From Treponemataceae bacterium (GTDB taxonomy: Bacteria; Spirochaetota; Spirochaetia; Treponematales; Rectinemataceae): 64,000 nucleotides of DNA. The DNA is taken from contig CAXXVZ010000002.1 of the NCBI GenBank assembly GCA_963678065.2, positions 32,001 through 96,000 on the forward strand, read 5' to 3'. The position numbers were made by a program, and so were the translations under genes. The notes beneath the pieces are model-generated. The model was not told the origin of the DNA, searched no databases, and saw only the letters and a program-made list of their open reading frames with translations. Shown here piece after piece: positions 37,404-49,016 of the stretch (position 1 is its first letter; each line of letters starts with the position of its first letter).

Positions 37404-39359
37404 TTATTTCTTGTCTTCGTCGTCGACGACTTTGTAGTCCACGTCGTCGGCGCTCTTGGTTTCGCCGCCCTGGCCGGGGTTGAAGCCCGCCCCGCCAGCC
37501 GTCCCCGCATCGGCGCCAGGCTGCCCCTGGGCTCCGGCCGCGCCGGCGGCATTGGCGCCCGCGTTCTTGTACATCTCCTCGGCGAGCTTGTAGGAGGCCT
37601 GCTTGAGAGCCTCGGTCTTGGCCTTGATGGCTTCGACATCGGAGCTGTCGATCACCTTGCGGAGTTCCACGATAGCGGCCTCGATCGCTGCCTTGTCGGA
37701 GGCGCCGATCTTGTCGCCGTAGTCTTTGAGGGACTTCTCGGTGGTGTAGATCATGCTGTCGGCCTCGTTGTGGGCTTCGGCCCGGTCGCGCTCGCGCTTG
37801 TCCTCGGCCGCGTGGGCCTCGGCTTCCTTGACCATGCGGTCGATGTCGGAGTCGTTGAGGCCGGAAGAGGACTCGATGCGGATCTTCTGTTCCTTGCCGG
37901 TTCCGAGGTCCTTTGCCGAGACGTGGACGATTCCGTTCGCGTCGATGTCGAAGGTGACCTCTATTTGCGGAATGCCGCGCGGAGCGGCGGGAATGCCGAC
38001 GAGGTCGAACCGACCAAGGGTGCGGTTCTGCGCCGCCATCTCGCGCTCGCCCTGGAGTACGTGGATGGAGACAGCCGTCTGTCCGTCCGCAGCCGTGGAG
38101 AAAATCTGGCTCTTGCGGCAGGGGATCGTCGTGTTGCGGGGCAGGAGCTTGGTGAAGACCGAGCCGAGTGTCTCGATGCCGAGGGAGAGGGGGGTTACGT
38201 CGAGGAGGAGGACGTCCTTCACGTCGCCGCCGAGGATTCCGCCCTGGATGGCCGCGCCGACCGCGACCGCCTCGTCCGGGTTGACGCCCTTTGAGGGTTC
38301 CTTGCCGAAGAGCTCGCGGACAATCTGGACTACTTTGGGAATGCGCGTCGATCCGCCGACGAGGATGACTTCGTCGATCTGTGCGGCGGTGAGGCCGGCA
38401 TCTGCGAGCGCCTTCTTGCAGGGATCGAGGGAGCGGATGAAGAGGTCCTCGACCATCTGCTCGAACTTGGCGCGGGTGAGGGTCTTCTGGAGGTGCTTGG
38501 GACCGGAGGCGTCCGCGGTGATGAAGGGCAGGTTGATGTCAGTCTGCTGGACGGCGGAGAGCTCGATCTTGGCCTTCTCGGAGGTCTCGCGCAGGCGCTG
38601 GAGGGCCATGCGATCGCCGGAGAGGTCGATCCCGGTGTCCTTCTTGAACTCGGAGATGAGCCACTCCATGATGCGGCGGTCGAAGTCGTCGCCGCCCAGG
38701 TGGGTGTCGCCGTTTGTGGACTTTACCTCGAAGACGCCCTCGCCGAGTTCGAGGATGGAAATGTCGAAGGTACCGCCGCCGAGGTCGTACACGGCGATGG
38801 TCTTCTCCTTCTTCTGATCCTTGTTGAAGCCGTAGGCGAGGGAGGCGGCCGTCGGCTCGTTGATGATGCGCTTGACCTCGAGGCCGGCGATCTTGCCGGC
38901 ATCCTTGGTGGCCTGGCGCTGGGAGTCGTTGAAGTAGGCGGGAACGGTGATGACGGCCTCGGTGACTTCCTCGCCGAGGTAGTCTTCCGCGGTCTTCTTC
39001 ATCTTCTGGAGGATGAAGGCCGAAATCTCCTGGGGGCTGAATCCTTTCCCGGAGATGTCGACGCGAACGTCGTTCCCGTTGTCGTTCACCCTGTAGGGGA
39101 CAAGCTTGATCTCGTTCTGGACTTCCGCGTACCGCCTGCCCATGAAGCGCTTGATGGAGTACACCGTGTTTTCGGGGTTGGTGATCATCTGGTTCTTGGC
39201 CGGCTGGCCTACGACGCGCTCGCCCTTGCCTGTGAATCCGATGATAGAGGGAGTGGTCCGCTGACCTTCGGAATTGGCGATGACGAGGGGCTCTCCGCCT
39301 TCCATAACCGCGACGCAGGAATTGGTGGTTCCAAGATCGATACCGATAATTCTGCCCAT
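37404..39359 (-). CDS. dnaK: Chaperone DnaK
   Basis: [32 protein letters not shown]. Confidence 0.98.
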   Translation of the reverse strand: MGRIIGIDLGTTNSCVAVMEGGEPLVIANSEGQRTTPSIIGFTGKGERVVGQPAKNQMITNPENTVYSIKRFMGRRYAEVQNEIKLVPYRVNDNGNDVRVDISGKGFSPQEISAFILQKMKKTAEDYLGEEVTEAVITVPAYFNDSQRQATKDAGKIAGLEVKRIINEPTAASLAYGFNKDQKKEKTIAVYDLGGGTFDISILELGEGVFEVKSTNGDTHLGGDDFDRRIMEWLISEFKKDTGIDLSGDRMALQRLRETSEKAKIELSAVQQTDINLPFITADASGPKHLQKTLTRAKFEQMVEDLFIRSLDPCKKALADAGLTAAQIDEVILVGGSTRIPKVVQIVRELFGKEPSKGVNPDEAVAVGAAIQGGILGGDVKDVLLLDVTPLSLGIETLGSVFTKLLPRNTTIPCRKSQIFSTAADGQTAVSIHVLQGEREMAAQNRTLGRFDLVGIPAAPRGIPQIEVTFDIDANGIVHVSAKDLGTGKEQKIRIESSSGLNDSDIDRMVKEAEAHAAEDKRERDRAEAHNEADSMIYTTEKSLKDYGDKIGASDKAAIEAAIVELRKVIDSSDVEAIKAKTEALKQASYKLAEEMYKNAGANAAGAAGAQGQPGADAGTAGGAGFNPGQGGETKSADDVDYKVVDDEDKK

Positions 39360-39400
39360 ATTGTCTCTCCTTATATACGTATCAGTTTGAAGCCCCGGCC

Positions 39401-40222
39401 TCAAGGCCGGGAAGCGGAATCCGGGCCGGTTTCAGGGCCGGCTCCGGCGACGTCGGGGAAATCGCCGGAGGCCAGCCCGGCCGGGCCTTCCGTCCCATTT
39501 TCGGGGCCGGAGGCGACAGCCGCCGTGGCAGCTTCCACGGCGGGTTTGGGCGCGGGCATCCGAACCTTGACCTTGGCGGTGCGCACGACCCTCTCTTCCA
39601 CGACATAGCCGGGAAGGTACTCTTCGCAGACGACGGGCTCCTCGGTATCTCCCATCTCCATGTTCACTGCCTCGTGGGAATTGGGGTCGAAGGGTTGGTC
39701 TACAGAGACCATGCGCTTGAGGCCGTACTTGTTCTCTAGCATCTGGCCGAGCTGGCGACGTATGAGGATGACTCCCTCCCGGAGATGGTCGACCTCCGTC
39801 GTTGAATTGCTGCCGGTCAGGGCCCTGTCGAAATCGTCGAGAATGGGAACTATGTCGCCGAGAAAGGCGTTGATAGCGAAGCGGCGGGTATCTTCCTTGT
39901 CCCTGGCCATGCGCTTGCGGAAATTCACCTCATCCGCCAGCTTGCGGAGGTATTTGTCGTTGAGGGAGGCGAGTTCTTCCCGGGCCGCAAGCAGTTCCGT
40001 CTTGACCGTCACGAGCTCGCGGGACTGGTCCTGCCCGGCTTCCTGACAGCCGCCACTCTGTCCGGCCTGGTCTTCCTGAGAAAGAGGGGCTTCGACTTCG
40101 AGATTCGCGGAAAGCGTTTCCGCCGGCCGGCCCGCGGACTCTGAGCCTTCGTTCACGTGGCTGGCCTTGGCTCCATGGGACACGCTTCCGTCCCCATGAT
40201 GTTTGTTTTTCTGTGTAGACAT
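39401..40222 (-). CDS. grpE: Nucleotide exchange factor GrpE
   Basis: [35 protein letters not shown]. Lies upstream of dnaK. Confidence 0.92.
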   Translation of the reverse strand: MSTQKNKHHGDGSVSHGAKASHVNEGSESAGRPAETLSANLEVEAPLSQEDQAGQSGGCQEAGQDQSRELVTVKTELLAAREELASLNDKYLRKLADEVNFRKRMARDKEDTRRFAINAFLGDIVPILDDFDRALTGSNSTTEVDHLREGVILIRRQLGQMLENKYGLKRMVSVDQPFDPNSHEAVNMEMGDTEEPVVCEEYLPGYVVEERVVRTAKVKVRMPAPKPAVEAATAAVASGPENGTEGPAGLASGDFPDVAGAGPETGPDSASRP

Positions 40223-40268
40223 GTTCCTGCCTGGATTGCATCCTTTCGGATTTCTGTTTGTACCTGTA

Positions 40269-40297
40269 AAAGTAATAAGGAGACCGAACAGCGTCAA
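40269..40297 (-). promoter_or_regulatory. Sigma70-type promoter of grpE-dnaK-dnaJ
   Basis: TTGACG-N17-TACTTT. Confidence 0.55.
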
Positions 40298-40442
40298 TAC
40301 GAGCCGGCGCCCATATGACACAAGTGTACCGCGGTTTGGCCTTGTTTTGGTACGAAATTTGCTATTAGAGTAAAAAACGTCTTTTCTCCGTCCTTGACAG
40401 TCCACGCCGATGGCATACATTTAAAGAGAAAGGGAGGATCGA

Positions 40443-41825
40443 TTGCAGTTCCAGAGAGCCACCCTCGTCGCGGAACAGCGCCAGAAGCTCAGCCCGCAGA
40501 TGATACAGTCCATCCGCCTCATGGCCCTGCCCGTCCAGGAACTGCAGGAAGCCATTCAGGCCGAGATCGAAGCCAACCCTGCCCTCGAGATTATAGAAGA
40601 CAGGTCCACCCTGAGTCTCGAGCGGTTCCGAAATGCCGAAAATCCCGGAGCGGGGGCGGGACACGATGATCCTTTCGAGAACAGCTCCGATCCGGGATAT
40701 TCTTCCCGATCCTCCTCCGACGATGACTCCAAGCGCATGTTCATGGAAGGCAGCATCGCCCGGCCGGAGACCCTTCAGGAACACCTCCTCTACCAGCTCA
40801 GGCTCCAGACCCTGGACAAAACCCACAGACTGGTGGGAGAAACGCTGATCCAGAACCTCAACGACGACGGTTTCCACAAGGAAGATCCCTACTCCCTCTG
40901 CCCCGGAATAGGGCGGGACATCATCGACGAAACCATGAACCTCGTGCGCCGGCTGGAGCCGGAGGGTAGCTGCACCGCCAACTATCGGGAGAGCCTCCAC
41001 GTGCAGGCCAATCTGGATGAGGCGCCGCCCAAGGGAGTGTCGGAGATCCTCACCAACTACCTCGAGCTTCTGGAAAAGGGCAAGGACGCCGAAATCCGGA
41101 AAAAACTCAGGCTGAGCCAAGAGGAATATGAGGCCGCGGTGCGCTTCATAAAGGCCCTCGCTCCTTTCCCTGGCCGCAGGTACTCGGCGGAGGAGCCGAA
41201 ATACGTCATACCCGACCTGAAGGTGCGGGTCGTGGACAACGAATTCGTCATCGTTCTGAACGATGTCGAGATCCCCGTCCTCGGCATCAATCCCTTCTTC
41301 GACAAGCTCTCTTCGGAAAAAACGAAGGACAAGGCGACCAACGCCTTCGTCCGGGAGAACATCGGCCAGGCGAAATTCTTTATCCGCAGCATCCAGCAGC
41401 GCAACCAGACTCTCCTGAAAGTGGCCCGCGCCATCGTCGAACACCAGCGGGGCTTTTTTCTGAGAGGGCCCAAAGGCCTCGTCCCCCTCACCCTGAAAGA
41501 CGTCGCGGAGGAAATCGGCGTACACGAGACCACCGTATCCCGCATAGCCCACAGCAAGTACATGCAGACAGAGTGGGGCATCTACGATCTCCGCTACTTT
41601 TTCACGAACTCGATCACGGGAGCCGGCTCTCAGGGTTCGGATTTCTCGAAGGAGGGTGTCAAGGAAGTGATACGCGAAATCATCGTGGCCGAAAATGCGG
41701 CTCTCTCGGATCGCGACATCATGGAAGTATTGTCCCAAAAAGGAATTAAACTTGCCAGAAGGACAGTCGCGAAGTATCGGGGAGAGCTCGACCTCGATTC
41801 TTCCTTCAACCGTCGGCACACATGA
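40443..41825 (+). CDS. rpoN: RNA polymerase sigma-54 factor
   Basis: Q/L-rich region I, HETTVSR, RpoN box ARRTVAKYR. TTG start with RBS. Confidence 0.95.
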   Translation: MQFQRATLVAEQRQKLSPQMIQSIRLMALPVQELQEAIQAEIEANPALEIIEDRSTLSLERFRNAENPGAGAGHDDPFENSSDPGYSSRSSSDDDSKRMFMEGSIARPETLQEHLLYQLRLQTLDKTHRLVGETLIQNLNDDGFHKEDPYSLCPGIGRDIIDETMNLVRRLEPEGSCTANYRESLHVQANLDEAPPKGVSEILTNYLELLEKGKDAEIRKKLRLSQEEYEAAVRFIKALAPFPGRRYSAEEPKYVIPDLKVRVVDNEFVIVLNDVEIPVLGINPFFDKLSSEKTKDKATNAFVRENIGQAKFFIRSIQQRNQTLLKVARAIVEHQRGFFLRGPKGLVPLTLKDVAEEIGVHETTVSRIAHSKYMQTEWGIYDLRYFFTNSITGAGSQGSDFSKEGVKEVIREIIVAENAALSDRDIMEVLSQKGIKLARRTVAKYRGELDLDSSFNRRHT

Positions 41826-41960
41826 AATAATGCATGTCGACGGGGCGTCACGGGCGGCCCTCCCGGCAGTATATTTGGATCAGGCATCAACGAAAACCGG
41901 GGAATCAAGGCCGGTTTTCGCCGGGGATCATGGGATTCCCGAAAATACAAGGAGGCATGC

Positions 41961-42254
41961 ATGAATATCGACGTTCGTTCCGTGCATTTCGACCTGGGTG
42001 AGGCAAGTACAGCATACCTGAACAGCAAACTCGAGAGGATCGAGTACGCGAAGGACATGATCGTCGATCTCATTTTCGTTTTCACGAAGGACGCCAAGAA
42101 TTATAAAATCGAAGCCACGGTAAATTTCCGTTGGGGCATACGCGCCCACGTCGAGGAGGATTCCTTCGACATCACCTCCGGCATCGACAAGATGTTCGAC
42201 CGGCTGGAACAGAAAATCACGAAAGAAAAAGAGAAAGTCCAGGAAAAGAAATAG
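41961..42254 (+). CDS. hpf: Ribosome hibernation promoting factor / RaiA
   Basis: MNIDVRSVHF...IDKMFDRLEQKITKEKEK. Follows rpoN, strong RBS. Confidence 0.88.
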   Translation: MNIDVRSVHFDLGEASTAYLNSKLERIEYAKDMIVDLIFVFTKDAKNYKIEATVNFRWGIRAHVEEDSFDITSGIDKMFDRLEQKITKEKEKVQEKK

Positions 42255-42334
42255 GACGACCGCGACCGGAAGGGGCCCCCGGCGGCCTCTTCCGGCATTT
42301 ACGATATCCCCGCTTCGTAGTACACTTCCGCGTG

Positions 42335-43330
42335 ATGGACGCAAGCACCCCTAAGCAATTCACCGTTCTGGACCTTCTCGACCTCGACCTCAAGGAACAG
42401 AGTTCCCTCAACATACGCTGTGTGGCCGGACGCTCCGGGCTCTCGCGCGAGATAACGATTCTCGACCTCAACAGACCGGGACTCGCCCTCATGGGTTTCT
42501 ACGAAGCCTTCGCCTGGCAGAGGCTCCAGATTTTCGGCCGGGGCGAGTCGGCCTGCCTCTCAAGACTCACTGCCGAAAACCAGCTGGGAGTGCTGGACCG
42601 CCTCTTCTCCTACGAGATGCCCTGCTGCATCTTCACGAACGACCTCGTTCCCGACAAACACTTCCTCGCCGCGGCTGACGCCGCAAACTGCCCCATCCTC
42701 GTGACGGACCTCTCCACGAGCGAGTTTTCCGTCCGCGTCATCCGGATACTCTCGGACATCTTCGCCCCCCGCGCCACCTTTCACGGCGTCCTCGTCGAAG
42801 TTTACGGAATCGGCATCCTCCTCATGGGCGAATCGGGAGTCGGGAAGAGCGAAACCGCACTCGAACTCATCGAGAGGGGACATCGCCTCGTCGCCGATGA
42901 TGTCGTCGATATACGCTGCATAAATGGTTCCATCATAATGGGACAGGGCGCCAACAAGGTCATCGGACACCACATGGAGATCCGGGGCCTCGGCATCATC
43001 AACATCACGCACCTCTTCGGAGTCGGCGCCATCCGCGACAAGAAACAGATCCAGCTCGTCTGCCAGCTCGAGGACTGGGACCCGGAAAAGGTCTACGACA
43101 GGATAGGCACCGACGAAATGACGACGGAGATCCTCGGAGTCAGGGTTCCCAAACTCGAGATTCCGGTAAAGCCCGGCCGCAACATACCGATCATCATCGA
43201 GACGGCGGCCATGAACGAGCGGCTCAAGAAAATGGGCTACCATTCGGCCCAGGAATTCAATCAGAACGTGCTCAGATGGCTCGAGAGTGAAAACGCGAGG
43301 ACCATGTATTTCAACCGCGACGACAGCTGA
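42335..43330 (+). CDS. hprK: HPr kinase/phosphorylase
   Basis: NRPGLAL, HGVLV, GESGVGKSETALEL, LVADD, EIRGLGII, PGRN. Confidence 0.96.
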   Translation: MDASTPKQFTVLDLLDLDLKEQSSLNIRCVAGRSGLSREITILDLNRPGLALMGFYEAFAWQRLQIFGRGESACLSRLTAENQLGVLDRLFSYEMPCCIFTNDLVPDKHFLAAADAANCPILVTDLSTSEFSVRVIRILSDIFAPRATFHGVLVEVYGIGILLMGESGVGKSETALELIERGHRLVADDVVDIRCINGSIIMGQGANKVIGHHMEIRGLGIINITHLFGVGAIRDKKQIQLVCQLEDWDPEKVYDRIGTDEMTTEILGVRVPKLEIPVKPGRNIPIIIETAAMNERLKKMGYHSAQEFNQNVLRWLESENARTMYFNRDDS

Positions 43331-43352
43331 TCGGCCGGTGCAGGAGACAACG

Positions 43353-43628
43353 ATGACAGAAGTGATGGTCACAATCAGGAACAGGGCGGGAATCCATGCC
43401 CGGCCTTCGGCGATACTCGTGCAGACGGCCACAAAGTTCGCCTCGCGGATATGGCTCGAAAAGGCCGGCGACAGGATCAACGCGAAATCGATCATGGGAA
43501 TCATCACTCTCGGGGCGAGCTACGGCACGCCCATAAAGATAATCACGGAGGGCGCGGACGAAGTCCAGGCGGCCGGGGCCATCCAGGCCCTGTTCGATTC
43601 GGGATTCGAAGAGGAATTGGGCGCCTGA
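43353..43628 (+). CDS. ptsH: Phosphocarrier protein HPr
   Basis: GIHARP (His15), NAKSIMG (Ser46). Confidence 0.95.
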   Translation: MTEVMVTIRNRAGIHARPSAILVQTATKFASRIWLEKAGDRINAKSIMGIITLGASYGTPIKIITEGADEVQAAGAIQALFDSGFEEELGA

Positions 43629-43698
43629 CCACTTGCGCAGCTCCCGAGACGGTGGAGTATACTTTACGCATAATAAGCGGAATTGAGAGGACGGACCG

Positions 43699-44298
43699 GT
43701 GAAGACCCTGACGGACAGACAGAGCGAAGTTCTCGACTTCATCGCCTCCTATGTGGAAAAACACTCCTACCCTCCGACTATCCGCGAGGTGGCGGAACAT
43801 TTTTCCGTTTCTGTCAAAGGAGCCTACGACCACGTCAAGGCTTTGGAGAAAAAGGGCTACCTCCGCATCGGCGAAAACCGCTCCCGCGCCATCGAGATCC
43901 TTCACCGCGACAAGATCGATCCGAGCGTGACCGACCTGCCCCTCCTCGGGACGGTCGCGGCCGGACGCCCCATTCTCGCGGAAGAGAATTTCTCCGGTTT
44001 CGTGCGCGTCCCTTCGGAGATGACCCGCCCGGGCACATCCTTCGCCCTCTCCGTCAGAGGAGACAGCATGAAGGATGCCGGGATTTTCAACGGGGATATC
44101 GCCGTCATAGAGCAGAGCCAGATAGCGGAAAACGGCGAGATCGTCGTCGCCATGATCGACGACTCGGTGACTCTCAAGCGCTTCTTCCGCGAGAACAACC
44201 GCATTAAGCTCGTCGCCGAAAATCCCGCCTACGCCCCCATCTATACCCAGGACGTAAAAATTCTGGGGCGCCTCAAGGGCATCATCCGCACCTACTGA
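43699..44298 (+). CDS. lexA: SOS repressor LexA
   Basis: YPPTIRE, VAAGRP cleavage site, GDSM, TLKR. Confidence 0.95.
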   Translation: MKTLTDRQSEVLDFIASYVEKHSYPPTIREVAEHFSVSVKGAYDHVKALEKKGYLRIGENRSRAIEILHRDKIDPSVTDLPLLGTVAAGRPILAEENFSGFVRVPSEMTRPGTSFALSVRGDSMKDAGIFNGDIAVIEQSQIAENGEIVVAMIDDSVTLKRFFRENNRIKLVAENPAYAPIYTQDVKILGRLKGIIRTY

Positions 44299-44309
44299 GG
44301 TCAGAAGAG

Positions 44310-45317
44310 GTGAACCCAGTCCCGGCCTACGTCCTCGCGGGCCCCGAAATCGGCAAACGGAGCGCCTTCATAGCCGAAATCCGCCAGGCTCTCGCAAAAA
44401 ATTCCGGACAGGACCCCGAGATCCACAAACTCTACGCGGCCGATACTCCGGTCTCCGAGCTCCTCCTCCTCCTCAGAAACGGGTCCCTCTTCTCCTCCGG
44501 GAGGCTCGTGGAGTACCGCGGGGCGGAGACCGTGAAGGCGAAGACCGAGCTCGCCGAGCTCAAGGCATATCTCGCCTCCCCCGCCGGAGACGCCGTCATC
44601 CTCTTCGTCACCGACACCTTCTCCGTGGAGAAATCCCTCGAGGAAGCGGTGGGGAAGGAAAACAAGAAGACCTTCTTCGAGATGTTCGAAAACGAGAAAA
44701 ACCGCTGGGTACAGTCCAGACTGGCGGCTTCGGGCCTCTCCATAGACGACGCGGGCATCGAAACCCTCCTCGAGCTGGTCGAAAACGAGACCGGCGCGCT
44801 GGAAGCCGCCTGTCTGGGTCTCGCCGCGGGATTTCCCCCGGGCTCGAATCTTGGGGAAGCCGAGGTGGAGGCCGCGGTCGCGCGCAATCGCAGGGAGGAT
44901 TCCTTCAGCCTCTTCGAGAGAATCGCGACCTCCGACCCGGAAACCGCACTCTCCGTTCTGGAGGCAGTCCTCGCCGACCGTCAGGGCGGGGCCGTCCCGA
45001 TCCTCTCGGCCCTCACCTGGAGTTTCCGCAGACTGCACAAACTCCACACGGCCTGCGCAGAGGGCATCCCTTTCGAAGCGGCCTGCCTCAGGCTCGGCAT
45101 CAGGGGCAGGACCGTACAGAAGCAGAGCCAGACGGCCATGAAACGGTACTCGCTCGCGGACTGCGAACGGATTATCCGCCTCATCTCCTCCATCGACGGG
45201 CTTGTCAGGTCGATGGGGACGATTTTCGAGCGCACCCTCCTGCAGCTCCTCGTCTACGGGGTCATGGTCCGCAAGGGCGCGATCGATCCAGCCGCGCCGG
45301 TCGGTGCATTCTTGTAA
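44310..45317 (+). CDS. holA: DNA polymerase III subunit delta
   Basis: YVLAGPE, SLFS, FSLF clamp-loader delta pattern, plus gene context. Confidence 0.78.
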   Translation: MNPVPAYVLAGPEIGKRSAFIAEIRQALAKNSGQDPEIHKLYAADTPVSELLLLLRNGSLFSSGRLVEYRGAETVKAKTELAELKAYLASPAGDAVILFVTDTFSVEKSLEEAVGKENKKTFFEMFENEKNRWVQSRLAASGLSIDDAGIETLLELVENETGALEAACLGLAAGFPPGSNLGEAEVEAAVARNRREDSFSLFERIATSDPETALSVLEAVLADRQGGAVPILSALTWSFRRLHKLHTACAEGIPFEAACLRLGIRGRTVQKQSQTAMKRYSLADCERIIRLISSIDGLVRSMGTIFERTLLQLLVYGVMVRKGAIDPAAPVGAFL

Positions 45318-45411
45318 TACCGGCATTCAATAAGGTACTATCAGCCTTCAAGGCCCAGCCGGAGCTTTGCAACCGCAGGACACGGCCGGAAACGGGCCAA
45401 AGGAACACAGC

Positions 45412-46599
45412 ATGTCCGGTACAGTGCGCCGCGTGGAACTCAAAAACCGAACCATCATTCTCGCCGGAACGGCCCACATCTCCCAGGAAAGCATCGAGGA
45501 AGTCACAGCCCTCATCGAGACCGAGAGACCCGGCCGGGTCTGCGTCGAGATCGACGCCACCCGATGGCGCTCCATGAACGAGGGCGGAAGCTGGGAAAAA
45601 CTCGACATCGGCAAGGTCCTCAAGGAAGGCCGCGGTTTCTTTCTCATGGCGAATCTCGCCCTCTCGGGTTTCCAGAGGCGCATGGGTTCCGGGCTGGGCG
45701 TCAAGCCCGGAGAAGAGATGCTCGCCGCGATCAGAACGGCGGAATCCCTCGGTATCCCCTATTCTTTCTGCGACCGCGACATACAGATTACCCTCAAACG
45801 CGCCTGGGCCAAATCAGGCCTCTGGAACCGGTCCAAGCTCCTCGCAAGCCTCGTCAGCTCCTCCTTCTCCAACGAAAAGCTGACCGAAGAGGAGATCGAA
45901 AAACTCAAGGAGCGCAGCGAGCTCGAGCAGATGATGGGCGAGCTCGCGGACTTCCTGCCCTCGGTCAAGACCGTCCTCATCGACGAGCGCGACCGCTACC
46001 TCGCGAGCAAGATATACGAATCCCGGGAGGAACTCGTCGTCGCCGTAGTCGGGGCGGGACACCTCAATGGCATCGAGGAGTGGCTTTGCAAGCTCGACGC
46101 GAGTCAGGATGTCCAGGCCGCCTGCGAGGTCTCGGACATCAACTTTGTCCCGCCCCCCTCCGCCCTCGCAAAGGCCGCAGGCTGGCTCATACCGGCTGCC
46201 ATAATCGGCCTCATCATCCTCGGATTCTTCCGTTCGGGTACCCAAGCCAGCCTCGCCATGCTCCTGCGATGGGTCCTCCTTAACGGCTCGCTCGCGGCCC
46301 TCGGTTCGGCCCTCTGCCTGGCCCATCCTCTGACCATTCTGCTTTCCTTCGTCTCCGCGCCCCTCGCGACCCTCAACCCCTTCGTAGGCGTCGGCCTCTT
46401 TGCAGGTCTTTCGGAAGCCTTCTTGCGGAAACCGACGGTGCGCGACCTCGAGGCCCTGACCGAGGATATCTCCACCATCAAAGGTTTCTACAGAAACAGA
46501 GTCACCCACATCCTCCTCATATTCTTCCTTTCGAGCTTCGGAGGGATGATCGGCAACTTCATCGCCCTGCCCTTCCTGGCTTCGGGCGCCCTTCACTGA
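45412..46599 (+). CDS. TraB/GumN (pheromone-shutdown TraB-like) protein
   Basis: [40 protein letters not shown]-terminal TM segments. Confidence 0.88.
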   Translation: MSGTVRRVELKNRTIILAGTAHISQESIEEVTALIETERPGRVCVEIDATRWRSMNEGGSWEKLDIGKVLKEGRGFFLMANLALSGFQRRMGSGLGVKPGEEMLAAIRTAESLGIPYSFCDRDIQITLKRAWAKSGLWNRSKLLASLVSSSFSNEKLTEEEIEKLKERSELEQMMGELADFLPSVKTVLIDERDRYLASKIYESREELVVAVVGAGHLNGIEEWLCKLDASQDVQAACEVSDINFVPPPSALAKAAGWLIPAAIIGLIILGFFRSGTQASLAMLLRWVLLNGSLAALGSALCLAHPLTILLSFVSAPLATLNPFVGVGLFAGLSEAFLRKPTVRDLEALTEDISTIKGFYRNRVTHILLIFFLSSFGGMIGNFIALPFLASGALH

Positions 46600-46617
46600 C
46601 AGAAACCCTGCGCACGA

Positions 46618-46699
46618 CTTGTCCGGCTCCGGATGCCGGACGCAGACGATCGACGACCCCGCGGCGAGCTGCGGGGTATGTAACCCACTTCCGGACAAG
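46618..46699. repeat. 82-bp element with 9-bp terminal inverted repeats, containing ACCCCG-stem-GGTAT palindrome (copy 2)
   Basis: cttgtccgg...ccggacaag enclosing accccgcggcgagctgcggggtat. Confidence 0.5.
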
Positions 46700-46708
46700 G
46701 AGCTCTCA

Positions 46709-47194
46709 ATGGAAAAATGCCCCTGCGGCTCCGGCCGCGCCTATGACGAGTGCTGCGGCCCATACATAGCGGGCAGCCTCGCCGCCCCGACGGCCGAAGC
46801 GCTGATGCGCAGCCGCTACACAGCCTACGTCAAATCCAAGGTCGACTATATCGTCTCCACCTGCGTCGAGACCGAGGGCATCGACCTCGACTCCACCCGG
46901 AAATGGAGCGAGAAATCGAACTGGCTCGGCCTGAAGATTCACAGGACTGCGAAGGGCGGAGTGGATGACACGGCGGGCGAGGTCGAGTTTTCGGCCACCT
47001 ACGTGCTGGACGGGCTGCGGGAGGAGCACCGCGAGATCGCGAAGTTCGAGAAGAAGGATGGTCGCTGGCTCTACTCGGAAGGCGAAGTCGTTCCGCAGAC
47101 CGTCGTGCGCGAAGGCCCCAAGGTCGGACGGAACGATCCCTGCCCCTGCGGTTCGGGGAAAAAGTACAAGAAGTGCTGTGGCGCGGGGACTTGA
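46709..47194 (+). CDS. ychJ: YchJ-family SEC-C protein
   Basis: CPCGSG...[32 protein letters not shown]. Confidence 0.9.
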   Translation: MEKCPCGSGRAYDECCGPYIAGSLAAPTAEALMRSRYTAYVKSKVDYIVSTCVETEGIDLDSTRKWSEKSNWLGLKIHRTAKGGVDDTAGEVEFSATYVLDGLREEHREIAKFEKKDGRWLYSEGEVVPQTVVREGPKVGRNDPCPCGSGKKYKKCCGAGT

Positions 47195-47218
47195 GTCCCG
47201 CGTCGCCCCGGAGTCACT

Positions 47219-48874
47219 TCAGCCCTTGTCGGCCTTTTCGATCATCTCGAGCAGGGCCGGCATGAGCTGCTTCTTGCGCGAGAGCAGGTCTTTGAGGACA
47301 TGAACCCCGGGTTCGACCCGCGGATAGCTGATGTAGGGTAGAAAGTCCCTGTCAGCCTCGACGAAGAGCAGGCTCGACAGCTCGTTTATGTCCGTGACCA
47401 TGAGCGCGGAGAGGTAGTATCCTTTCGCCATCCTGTGGCTCGCGAGGCTCGCGAGTATCTCTTCCCGCCTCGCCATGATTCCTGCGGTTCCCGCCACCTC
47501 GATCTGGCTCACGGAAATGCGCTTGTCGAAGGCGCTGTACTCTTTCATGTCCATGCCGACGATCTCTTCCGTCGGGCGTCTGGCAGCCTCCGAAGCCGAG
47601 GCCATGAGGTCCGTCCCGAGCGCCTGGATGTCGAGGTCGGTTATGCTCGCGAGGTACTCGGCGATGTCCCTGTCCACATCCGTCGCGGTCGCCGACTGCA
47701 GGACGATGGTGTCGGAGAGGATTCCGCACAGCAGGATCGATGCCAGAGGCTTGGGAAGCGGAGTCCGGGTCTCGCGGAACATCGAGGCGACGATCGTGCT
47801 CGTGGAGCCGACGACACGGTTTATGAAGGTGATGGGATAGCTCGTCGAGAAGGAGCCGAGCCGGTGGTGGTCGATCACCTCGAGGACACGGTAGTGCTCG
47901 ACCCCGTCTATGGCCTGCGAAAACTCGTTGTGGTCCACCATGATGAGCTCGATGTTGGCATCGCGGATGAGATCGCCCTCGGTCAGGATGCCGACGACGC
48001 GTCCATCCTCGTCGATTACGGGCACGGAGCGGCTGGGGGAATCGGTGATGGCCTTTCTGGCTCTTTTTATGAGGTCGAATCGGGAGACCGGCTTTATAGT
48101 CTCGTCGCCCATTGTCCAGACCGGCGTCGAATAGATGGTGAGGAGAACGGTGCTCGAGGTATCGTAGGGAGAGACGAGGATGGAGACCCGCTTGCGCTCG
48201 GCCAGCTCCCGCAGTTCCTTGGACGGTATGGCGCCGTTGGTCACGATGAGAACCCGCACGCCGGCCTCGATGGCGATTTTCTGGGCCTCTTCGCGGTCGC
48301 CGACGAGGACGACCTTGTTGTCGGCCGGATCGGCGTTCATGTAGCGCTGGAAGGATTCCGTCGCGAGGGCGGCCACCACCATGCGCGCCTTGAAAAGTAC
48401 GCCCTCATCGAAGGTGACGAGGGCCTGCGCTTTTATCGTCTGGACGAGGTGTCCGACGCTCGTCGGAATGACAGCCTTCTTCTGCGGGTTCACCTTGGCG
48501 AGGATGTTCTGCGCGAAGGCGCCGTAGTGGAGCATCGACTTGTATCGTCCCTGGCTGTCGACGATGGGCAGGATCTTGCGGTCCGTCTCTCCCATGAGGC
48601 TGAGAGCTTCCCACAGGGGCGTGCTCTCAGAGACCGTCGCGTCCTCCCGCGTAAAGTAATAGTCGACCTTGGGAACGAGATCGGGGATGAACTCGGGCAG
48701 ATCGAGGCCGAAGCGGTCGAAAATGTACTCCGTCTGGGGATTGACGGCGCCGGCCCGGGCGGCGCGGACATTCTCCATGCCCAGGCGCCGCTTGAGCTCG
48801 GCATAGGCGGCCGCGGACACGACTGAATCGGTGTCGGGATTCTTGTGGCCAATGACGTAGACTGTCTTTTCCAT
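47219..48874 (-). CDS. ppaC: Mn-dependent inorganic pyrophosphatase with CBS-DRTGG insert
   Basis: GHKNPDTDS, VDHNE, IDHH, VGSTSTI, SRKKQ. Confidence 0.92.
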   Translation of the reverse strand: MEKTVYVIGHKNPDTDSVVSAAAYAELKRRLGMENVRAARAGAVNPQTEYIFDRFGLDLPEFIPDLVPKVDYYFTREDATVSESTPLWEALSLMGETDRKILPIVDSQGRYKSMLHYGAFAQNILAKVNPQKKAVIPTSVGHLVQTIKAQALVTFDEGVLFKARMVVAALATESFQRYMNADPADNKVVLVGDREEAQKIAIEAGVRVLIVTNGAIPSKELRELAERKRVSILVSPYDTSSTVLLTIYSTPVWTMGDETIKPVSRFDLIKRARKAITDSPSRSVPVIDEDGRVVGILTEGDLIRDANIELIMVDHNEFSQAIDGVEHYRVLEVIDHHRLGSFSTSYPITFINRVVGSTSTIVASMFRETRTPLPKPLASILLCGILSDTIVLQSATATDVDRDIAEYLASITDLDIQALGTDLMASASEAARRPTEEIVGMDMKEYSAFDKRISVSQIEVAGTAGIMARREEILASLASHRMAKGYYLSALMVTDINELSSLLFVEADRDFLPYISYPRVEPGVHVLKDLLSRKKQLMPALLEMIEKADKG

Positions 48875-49016
48875 GTCGGCTCCGTGGCGGCCGGTCTTCG
48901 TCGCCGCTCCGCGCCGCTCATTATATGATGATAATGCCGCGCCCACAATCTTGCGCGCGCCTTCGCTATGCAGGAATCGGACCTTCGGTATAGTATGCCA
49001 GCCGGAGAACACCGCA

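Noticed and set aside
37753..39608. Long plus-strand ORFs antisense to dnaK
   Set aside because: Well-known shadow ORFs from codon bias in GC-rich dnaK genes. No RBS or domain motifs.
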